Assembly (NCBI GenBank): GCA_040954595.2 | Contig: CM082582.2 | Span: 4,076,303-4,140,302, forward strand | Direction: 5' to 3' | Length of the DNA stretch: 64,000 nucleotides | Source: Balanoglossus misakiensis | Taxonomy: Eukaryota > Animalia > Hemichordata | Part shown: one piece after another, positions 1 to 10,013 of the stretch | Layout: every line of letters starts with the position of its first letter | Position numbering within the stretch: position 1 is the first letter of the stretch | Translations under genes and position numbers: made by a program | Notes under the pieces: model-generated | Databases searched by the model: none | The model's input: the letters and a program-made list of their open reading frames with translations, nothing else | Told to the model about the DNA's origin: nothing

Positions 1-2949
1 GATAACATTTCTATCGGACGCCATGTTCAAGGATTGCGAGAATGTACTTCAAGAAGACGAATTATTCACCCGGCTCGACAAAGCTAATTTTGATATCATT
101 GTGATGAATAATTTCGTATTCTGCAACATCTTAATTGTTCAGAAACTGTCATTGCCTTTCGTGATTGTCTCACCCGTCAGACCGTTACCACAAATCGACG
201 CATGGTATCTAGCTATACCCAGTCCCCCATCGTATGTACCAAGTCCACTGTCGGGACTACCAGACAAAATGACATTCGTAGATCGGCTGAAAAACGTGTT
301 ACTGAACGTTTTCGCCCGATTTTTCTTTAGCTTTGTAGTATCGAGACCATACAATGAACTCAAACAATTACACGGTATTCAACCTGACATAGATATGCAA
401 ACATCACTGGGGAAAGCAGAAATAGTCATGTTTGGCGTTGATTGGGCGATAGAGTTCCCACGTCCTTTCATGCCAAATACGATATTTCTTGGTGGTCTGT
501 TGGCAGAAGAACCAGCTCCTCTTGATGCTGTAAGTATGAGCATATCGAACAGTATTACAAACATATTTATTAAAATAATAGGCCGTGTCCGAAATTTTAA
601 AGTCGATCTACTGTTCTGGATTGTGAATAAGTTTCATTGGTGGTGCAAATTCAATACAAAGGGGGTGAATTTTCTGGAATACAAGTTCACGTAATACGTT
701 TTATTGGACATTTTGTTAAATTTTGCAGCAAATCTGCCGTAGAGTACACACTGCGGAGCATACCTGTGCATTTAGAATACCGATCTCTATACACTGGATG
801 ACCTTGAACCACATTAACCAAGAAAGGCGAAGGGTTGCCAGCTCGTCACCGCGTAGTTTCTAATGTCCGACGTTCTGTCATTTTTCGCAAGCACTTTCAA
901 ACAATTGTTAATTGGAACTGAATGGTTAAACGAGTTTTTAAACGAATGTTGACAAAATCAACATCGTTTGTTCGAAAAATATTTGTCGTCGAGAGACGGC
1001 CTATGACATTTTTAACTCATTGTTGACTCAGTACTATCGTTTAACCTCTTCGTGTTTTGGAGCTCGAGATCACGCGTGATATGTCACATTTTATCATTTC
1101 AATTTGAATGGAACTACGAATCACTTGAACACACGTGTACGTCCATAAACATACACGGCATTAGATTATAGGTATTTTCTCGCCCCATTTTTGTAAGTTG
1201 TTCCTCTACCGTGATCCTGCCAACTCCCGCTAGTCGATCCCCACGAAGTCTATTTACATGTAGTCAAAATGAGAGTATTTACCTGATATCTCGTTTGATG
1301 CCTCGTATGTTGTCAGAATCACAGAATCTCTCAATCACGAGAGAGCGCCATCAAAGCAGGTGCGGGCAAAAGAAACCAGGTTTATCTATACCCACTTATC
1401 TGGGGACCTGTACTTTTGTAGTAGGTTCTGTCAGCTTGGATCAAACGTTCAACTGGAGATGAAACATGGAATATTTATTTCAGGAATTTGAAGAGTTCGT
1501 AAAATCTGCTGATGATGGAATCGTAGTGTTTTCCTTCGGATCTACTATGAACCCCGGAGTGGATGTGGAAAAGGCTGAAATAATTACGGCAGCACTGGCC
1601 AGATTACCACAAAAAGTGGTGATGAGATATAAAGGAGAGCAACCTAAGACTTTGGGGAGCAACACAAAGCTATCCGAGTGGATTCCACAAAATGACTTAC
1701 TCGGTAATATGACGACTTGAACTATTTAAACAATGTTTAAGAATACTCTGAGGATTCGTGTCAGAAACATGTAAAATGAAGAAAATATATAAATGCCATA
1801 TGCTTTAAATAATCTCAGATAAGCTTTTAATTCTGTCTATTAAATGATATTGCCTGATAGTAAAACAAGAAAACACTTATTTATGACAAAATGACCAAAA
1901 CCTAAAGAAATATCAGTACAGCCGAATATTGCAGCATTTTTTAAAGGAAAATATTGCAATGAAAAAATGAAAATGTAATGTCTCAATAGAGTACATACAT
2001 TTACTTCCATGTGTTTTAGTGGCTGAGATCATCTTTGTTTATAAAGTTTCAAAGTGGGAATTTATTTATTTATTTACAACATTTTCATTTTGCATTTTCC
2101 CACGGTGGCGGCCCTATTCCTTTGCGGCAAAGCTTTAGTTTTTAAATGGGTACCGGTATGTATCTTGTCTGGACTAATATTAGTACAGTTTGAAAATAAA
2201 TTTCATGATAATTTCCCAAAAGTTGCAGCTCATGGGGCTTTAATGTGTAGAGAAATGATCACTGCAGCTCAGACTTGACACGTTCACCTTTCAGGTCATC
2301 CCAAGACAAAGGCCTTCGTCAGTCATGGCGGCATGAATGGTTTGAATCAGGCCGTCTATCATGGTGTACCAACGGTGGCAATCCCTCTTGCCGGAGATCA
2401 AGTCGACAACGCCATCAGACTGGCTAGCAAAGGCATGGTTGTTACATTGAACATGGCCACGTTCACCTCAGATGACCTCTATGATGCAATCAAGACTGTC
2501 ATTGATGAACCAAGGTTAGTGGGCAACGAACGACAGCTTACTTTTTCAGATAATAAATGTTGATGCATGAAACTATTTATTTTGACCTATCGTTTGCTAT
2601 TTGAAAACGGATAAACCATTACAGCAAATCAATCATGTAACCTCTGTCTACCATTACCAATAATTTCAGGTTCAAAGCCTCTGCTATGCATCTGTCTGGT
2701 ATCCATAGAGATAAACCCATGTCTGCAGGAGATACGGCTGTCTTCTGGATTGAACACGTCATCAAACATGGCGGACAACATCTTCGAGCTGAGGCTCTCA
2801 ACCTGAATTTCGTCCAGTATTTCCTGTTAGATGTGGCAGTTTTCTTGTTCGCCGTTGTCATTCTGATCTCAATTATCTGCAAGAAAACTATATCGTTAAT
2901 TTGTAGGCAGTGGTGTAAAGGAACTGGCAAGAAAGAGAAAATTAACTGA
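1..2949 (+). CDS. UDP-glycosyltransferase (UGT/GT1 family, ER membrane), 5'-truncated by the window edge; 4 exons
   Basis: Exons <1-529, 1484-1703, 2295-2514, 2670-2949, all GT-AG with matching phases (0,1,2). The spliced product has SPPSYVP, MTFVDRLKN, EFPRPFMPN, VVFSFGS and the UGT signature [44 protein letters not shown]. It then has FWIEHVIKHGG..HLR, a C-terminal TM helix and a KxKxx-type ER-retrieval tail (KKEKIN*). The frame is open to the window edge, so ATG at 23 is not the true start. Confidence 0.95.
580..1002. mobile_element. Possible old non-autonomous DNA element (ISL2EU/Harbinger-like) in a UGT intron
   Basis: AT|AGGCCGTGTC at the left end and GAGACGGCCT|AT at the right end: a short imperfect TIR with AT on both sides and a CpG-rich interior. 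The TIR is only about 10 bp. Confidence 0.3.
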
Positions 2950-4551
2950 TCAGAAATTTGTCTTTTTTCCACCGTGACGTTCCTCCTTCATCGAACATAC
3001 TATTCGAATATTCAAATTTACTATTCATAAATCTCATGGTGAGCAAAAACACATATAACAGAACCTTAGTTTCAAACTGAAATGTAATACAACTATGGAA
3101 GTTTGTATGTTATTAAGTCTTTTATCAACGCCATCAGAATTTTTACTTACCTCAAGCTGACAGAGTAAATCAACATTCGGAATTTTTCAAAAAATGTAGA
3201 CTGTAATTTACCCCGAGCGGTGGAGGTACGGAGCTCCCCAAACGATCGAAAAGACTGTGCCTTACAGTCCACTTAACAAAATGCTGCGGTCCAATGTGTG
3301 TCATTAAAGGTCTTAGTTATTATTTTTGTCATATTTTGAGTAATTTTACCCATAATTTCCTGTTTCTGGGTAAAACATTTAACGATGTTTATGTCAAAAT
3401 AGAGCGCGGTGACCACACGATTTTTTCTGACCAATGAATTCATTTTAATTGCTAGGCTACATGTACAATTTCGTAAAAAAATAACAATAGTCGAAGTGAG
3501 TTTTCTAGCAACCTCAATGTAATCCTATGGGAAGAGACTCATACGCATAAGTTCGCGCAGTTTACCTTAAGAATCGTCATGGAGACAAAAAAATCACCAT
3601 GCAACTAGTATTTTTTCAGTACTCTTATTTTGCTTATCATTCAAATAAATGTTTTGTTCTTCCCAGTTTTCTCGCAATAGTTTCTTTCCTTGCAACACCT
3701 GGGAGTGGGTACTGATCGATGAGTCGGACAGTCATTATATATGCAAATGCACACCTGTATGTAATACTACACGATTGGCTAGAGTTGAACACCTGGCCAT
3801 GTACAGTAGTGTACACCTGGCTTGCATGTTATTTCTGGCACCTTTTTATCATTCATGATATAACACGGGAAGAGCAAAGACCATGCTGGGTGGGATCGAC
3901 GGTGAATTGTCCGCCGCTCAAAACATTTTCAGATTCTCACATGAGAGTCATAACCATGATGAAGAAAAAGGGGCATTTGATTTTGGCAATTTGTGTAATG
4001 AAATGGCAGAAGTACCGACGCGAATACAGAAAGTGACGCCGTTGACCTCAGAGTCGCACCCCAGTCTCCGTGTAAATCCTAGCCGCCATGTTCACCGCGA
4101 GTTTGTCAGTATTGTTGACGGCTTGGATGAAAACCCACTCACAGGAAAGGACAATGCAGGTCAGTTGGTCATATAGTTGTCGGAACACTGTTGTACAGCT
4201 TATTTTACTCGTGTGTGTATGTGTTTCAGCCCACATATTTGAGACAAAGAAACGTGACTGTTTTTCCGAATTTCCCATGCATACATGCGTGTTTAATATT
4301 AGTCTCAGTTACGCAGAATGCACTTGTGGGCTCCTTCCGGTTACCTATAGACAGCCCAGTACCGTCTAGTATAATATGTGCCCGTCTTATGTAGTCGTAA
4401 AATTTCACTACGTGTTATTTCAGGCGCTCGTCCTTCAATAGGGTAAAGTAACGTGTACTAAGTCCTCGAAACAAGTATAGTTGCTTGTAGTGCGGAATGA
4501 ATGACACGCGTACACACGTTTGTTTTGTTATGCTCGTTAAGCCTTAAAACC

Positions 4552-4557
4552 TTTATT
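4552..4557 (-). terminator. Polyadenylation signal (AATAAA) of the tandem lectin gene
   Basis: TTTATT on + about 225 nt downstream of the predicted stop codon. Confidence 0.55.
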
Positions 4558-4781
4558 GCATGCAATCAGGTTGAAATACATGTTTAAACACAGCGTACCG
4601 AATGCTGAGACTAAGAATTAGACCGTAATATATGTTGATATCCATACAGAAACCTAGCAATGAAGAAATATCGCCATGCATTCCTAAGAAACAATATGTC
4701 GGGAACACTGTGATGCAGACATCATGTCTTGGGGATAAGCATCTGTCATCTCCAACCGAAGTCGACCGACATTGTCTGATG

Positions 4782-7700
4782 TCAGACTGCAAAAACATAT
4801 TTAAAAAAATTGAATGATGGCGTCATTCCTGTCAGTGGCTAATTAATTTGTTAGTTGTCATAACCTTTCAGCAAACATGATGGATAAGAAACCTTAGCTC
4901 ACAGTTAGTCACATGTATATTGTGAAATTTTACTCGACCTCAGAAATGAAGAAGGTTGTCAAGGGTTTTAAATGGTTCGCTTTACCATGGAAACAATACC
5001 ATAAAACATGCCTTCAAAGTGACGGATGATTTGAAATTCATGGCATTTACTCACTTTCCTTCTCACAGATCGACTTCTCCACTACTTTGTCACATTCATA
5101 ATCGTTCCATTGGGCATCGAGCGCCATCCTCATGATAACACAATATTCTCCCTTGCCTTGATAATTGTTCGGTTCACCAGGATACCAATTAAAATACGTG
5201 GCCTTTAAAAAAATCGTAGGTAGTACGTCGTTAGAATTGTGCGCGTCGTCTAGAGGTCATAATTAGCGGATAGCGGAGCTTTAAGTGTCTTATGCTTTCA
5301 TTAGAAACAAAAATTACACGTGCAGTAGTGAATAATGAATGAAAATATAATATGTACCAATTGACCATCAACCCAATACCAGGTTCGATCCTGGTTTGGA
5401 TCTGAAAGACCAATATATGCACGTTCTGAACCAGATAGTAAACCTGAAAAATCCAAACAAACGTTGATCAGTGGAATAAAAATGTTTCCAGCGTCTCAGA
5501 AACCTTGGCCAAGCAAATGCTTTGTTTTAAAGTACGACGATCATCTTATGCGCATGTACCAAACTACACACTTTGGTTACAAAAATTGTGTACAGTCAAT
5601 GCGAGCAGTGTGCTGTTCTAGCACCAGACAAGATGGCGGCGACCATATTGTGTCGGAGATCGGGAAAACACAGCAAATTTGGTGTAAAGAAGGACAAAAC
5701 TAAAATCTAGTACCTGTTCTGTGCGCATGAAATAGGGAAGGAAGCAAAGGCAGTCCACTGTTTGAATGCGTCGAATGCAAAATTTGCGGAACATTTGGAT
5801 TGGACGTAATATTTGTACACACGAAATTACGCGCATGCGCAAAAGACAACTGTCGGTCTTTAATAATTACTGTAGAAGTCTTGTTTTAAGATCACAGAAG
5901 AGTTATTCAGTTTGCTAGTGTGCCAGATTTACACATGAGGAATGCAATGTCTGTCGATCACTGTAAAATGACCACCTGTCAAACATATTGGTCTGTCCTA
6001 CAAATCCATTATGATGGACATCATTACACAGAAATGGAGCACATATTATTCACGATGACAGAGCGACTGTAATTTCATCACATTCACCGACCTAGTACTT
6101 ACCCTCCACGAAGAGTTGTTCTTCCTGATCAGTCACAATGACCAGGTCAGAGTCCTTTTGCAGGCAGGCAAGTCGAGCATCACTGTACGATGTAGCTGTT
6201 GGTTCAGCATAATAACAGTGACAGTTGTACATACTCCAACCTTCTTCACAGGTGGCTGTATATTTAGGTGAAAAAATGAAGTTTTTTTTTCAATTTATTC
6301 AAAGATAGATAAGTAACTTCAGGACATTGTTAGTCAACTCTGTATTGTGCAGTTTTTTTCTCGACCTCAGAAATAAAGAAGGTTGTAAAGAATTTTAATT
6401 GGTTTGCATGGAAACAATACCACAAACATTCCTTCAAAGTGACGGATGGTTTGAAATTCATGGCATTTACCCACCTTCCTTCTCACAGATCGACTTTTCG
6501 ACTTCTTTGTCACATTCATAATCGTTCCATTGGGCATCGAGCGCCATCCTCATGATAACACAATATTCTCCCTTGCCTTGATAATTGTTCGGTTCACCAG
6601 GATACCAATTAAAATACGTGGCCTTTAAAAAAATCGTAGTTAGTACGTGGTTGACATCCGAGAACAGATCAGTCATGAATCAGCCAATGTAAAGATCGAC
6701 CTTACATCTGTTTTTAATCAATTTTATGAATTCGTTGAAGACATAAAGATGTGCGCATGCACCTAGAGAAGAATGAATGGGGAAAATAAAACGTACCTCA
6801 TCACCGTTAACCCAAACCCAATCTCTAGTATGTGTTGGATCTATAAGGCCAATATATGCACGGTCTGTACCAGATAGTAAACCTGAAACCAAAAATCATA
6901 CAAAGGTATATAAGAGTATGACGGGGAATTTCTAGCTTCTCACAAACCTTGACCGAGCAAGTTCTTTGCTTCAATCATTATTGTAGAAATATAACAACAG
7001 AGTCTCGTTTAAGACCACAGAAGTGTGCCAAAATTGCACATTTAAGGATTAATAGAATCTCACACTCCCAAGGACCTGGGATCGTATTTCTAACACGAGT
7101 TGGGGATTTGTTGTCCCACACGAGCCATAGATTCGTCGGGGATATTTTATACAGTAATTGACACCGCTAGAAAATCACCTGATCTGTACAACCACTGTTG
7201 TGCGTTTATCTATTTTCTGGGTATTTAGTTACTAGTACCTTCAACAAACTGCGTTTCTTCCGAGTCGGTCACAATAGCAAGGTCGGCGCCTTTAGCCTGG
7301 CAGGAAGTTCGAGCAGCGTCGAATGTCTTGCTGGTTTCTTCAACGTAATAACAACTACAGCCGAACTGTGTCCAACCCTCTTCACAGACACCTGAAAATA
7401 AAGTGAATTCCGAGTTCTAGTTATAATACCTGTTCCAAAAGGCTGACCTTCCATCATACAATCCAGCCATCCATCCGTCCGTCCGTCCGTACGTACGTAC
7501 GTACATACATACGTACGTACGTACATACATACATACCTACATACATACATACATACATACATACATACATACATACATACATACATACATACATACATAC
7601 ATACATACATACATACATACATACATACATACATACATACATACATACATACATACATACATACATACATACATACATACATACATACATACATACATAC

Positions 7701-7879
7701 ATACATACATACATACATACATACATACATACATACATACATACATACATACATACATACATACATACATACATACATACTAGTATAGTACATGACATGT
7801 GAAAATGAGTACAAATGTACTTACCATATGTACCCTGAAAACCAGCTGCTAGTACTACAATTAATGCAAAGCTTTTCAT
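4782..7879 (-). CDS. Secreted tandem two-domain C-type lectin (about 277 aa), EPN/WND mannose/GlcNAc-type sites
   Basis: Coding exons on the minus strand: 7879-7825 (signal peptide MKSFALIVVLAAGFQGTY); CTLD1 7391-7239, 6882-6797, 6622-6475 (VCEEGWTQFGCSCYY..ARTSCQAKGADL..YIGL..WYPGEPNN..EYC..WNDYEC..SICEK); CTLD2 6255-6103, 5443-5358, 5202-5055; probable terminal exon 4786-4782 (I-stop). All junctions are GT-AG. Exon sizes repeat as 153/86/148 and the total of 834 nt is in frame. A non-coding first exon ends at 8301 (AG|GTAAGT). The last mini-exon is the least certain part. Confidence 0.92.
5531..5859. mobile_element. Kolobok-like MITE (TTAA TSD, AG...CT ends) in a lectin intron
   Basis: Left end TTAA|AGTACGACGATCATCTTATGCGCATG; reverse complement of the right end TTAA|AGACCGACAGTTGTCTTTTGCGCATG. 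Degenerate TIR of about 26 bp flanked by TTAA, with a CpG-rich interior. Confidence 0.55.
7463..7781. repeat. Compound tetranucleotide microsatellite (CCAT/CCGT/ACGT/(ACAT)n)
   Basis: Directly visible. It lies in the intron after the signal-peptide exon and produces the spurious MYVC-repeat ORFs. Confidence 0.98.
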
Positions 7880-9920
7880 GATTTCTCTCCGTATTAAATT
7901 ATCAACAATACGCTTCAGTAGCAAATCAGCCTGAATATCCTTGGGTTGAAATCTAAAATAAAAAAGTCAGTTGAATGTTCCGTTTTGCTTTTTGGTTTCG
8001 CATTTGACTTGTGACAATAGTAGATGTGTTGTAACAATATAATTTCTTCCGAAATGGAATAAGTCGTTCGCTTTTTCAAAAGGAAACATACACTTTCTAA
8101 GTAAAATCACCATACGTTTTGATACATTCTCATGCATTGATAACTGTAAACGTGTAACAGCAATCATGAGGGAAGGACTTTGTATGTAAACCAGCTTTTA
8201 AAATGGTGGCAATAAAATATGTCTTCATCAGATCTATCGTCAAGATATACTGCATCAGTTGGTGTCCAGTGTCTGTTGGCAGCAATCTAGATGTACTTAC
8301 CTGTTCTTCTCCGAATGGTCTTCTTCGTACTTACGCTCACAGGATGGGAGGTCTGGATGATTATGCCTGCGTGTACGCTGTCTTTTAAGCAAAATATTAT
8401 TCAACTGCCAGTGTATTGCAATTTGTTAAATCTCCTTTTTTTGTTCACAGTATAAAGCGTATATCTATTTATGGTGTCATGCCTATATTTCTTTTGAATT
8501 CGGACAAAAATAAAACTGAACTGGACCAGGCTGGGCATTATGCAAATTTTTCGTCCAGGAATTACTAGAAAGATTGTGGACAACCGACGGGATTTTGCTG
8601 CAATAAACTGGTTATTGTGATAGCATATGTGATTGCTTTGTTTTGAAATGTTTTTAATCCCCACAGAACTCATGTAGACAACTGAGTTTTGCCCCGTGCG
8701 TTTGTCTCCAGTCTGTTTAACCGATTTCATTCAAACTTTATTGGCGCAAATTTGCCCCATGATGCATCTCAATTGCATCATGATGCTATTAAATATTGCA
8801 GTCCTAAACCCAGTTTGTTCTGATTTTGCATGCATATTTTCAGTCGGTACATTCAATAGGAGCCACAGACCGAAAATGTTTAAAAGGTTTGGTCATATTT
8901 TCATACAGTTTGGTGTTACCGTCGTTAACACAATTATCGTTCACTGAACCATGTTATACCACGCCCATTCAGCATAACTTTTTGGAACAGCTGGTTGCAT
9001 TATTAGTTTTTGCCGACCTTTTTGGACTCTTTTAGAGAGTGAAAGACCTTTGATGACATACCTGCCCCAGTGTCTGTACAAGTGGGCTAAATGCGTCATA
9101 AAAGAGTGTCTACACAATTTTCTATTTCAGCTGAAAAAGCAATTTTATTCCCCGGTTCTCGCACGTAGGCCTATAAGGACATTACTGGTACGTAATGCCA
9201 CGTATGCACAAGCTAAGCCATCACGAAAACGCGACAAAGTATGGATTAAGGACTTCTCAATGGACTTTTCTACGACTGTGTTTTTTTCATCAAGTGGACA
9301 TAATGTTATAAAAAATACTGTGTTATCAGGAACATGCTTCCACATTTCCTTACAACCTACAAGCGGGACCATGAATCTGAAAAAGAGATAAATTGTGCCA
9401 TAATGCAAAACTTTTGTGGTTTTGCAACTTGTCTGAAAATTGTATTCGTAACGTTGAGCATGTTTGTTTCTGAAAGGTTACGATGACTGAAGAGATCTCA
9501 CCAACTAATTTTTACTGGTACGGTATTTTTCTTACCCTTACAATTATTGAAAGATGTAAAATATACATTTTTTATTTGTAAATTTCTGACCCAGTTGGCA
9601 TAGCCGTAAAATGATGAAAACAAAAAGTCTGTCTTTATATCTATATTTGTCAATAGCTGGCACAGTATTTTTTCTATAAAAAAAGTGTGACACTATTCAA
9701 TGTATGATTGACATCGTAAAGTGTATCACACCCATTCGGCTCTATTCACACTCTGACAAACAGACAAACACTCGCACGCAATAAAATGCCATGACCGCGG
9801 TTAAGTGGTTTTGCTACACATCGCGCAATTGGTTTGAACATCATGATTTGCGGCCAAGAATCTGGCTACAAATGTGACGGATAAGCGTACGAAAGTTTTT
9901 CAGAGTTTACGGTGGAGTTA

Positions 9921-10013
9921 GTGAAATATAAGAACGCGAAATTTAATTGCCGCGTAACAGTCGCCTCTTTTGATACCGTGAAAACTTCATGTCGCGAAAA
10001 ATTCCAGTTTCTG
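9921..10013 (+). mobile_element. Diverged 3' half of the TA-flanked CTGTAAAA MITE family
   Basis: GTGAAATATAAGAACGCGAAATTTAATTGCCGCGTAACAGTCGCCTCTT...GTCGCGAAAA aligns with the distal half of the copies at 23000 and 48249. Confidence 0.6.

Noticed and set aside
530-694. C-terminal 54 aa of ORF 23..694
   Set aside because: Read-through into the intron after the GTAAGT donor at 530; UGT homology resumes at 1484.
7269-7924. Long MYVC-repeat ORFs
   Set aside because: Translations of the (ACAT)n microsatellite; only 7879-7825 and 7391-7239 are real exons.
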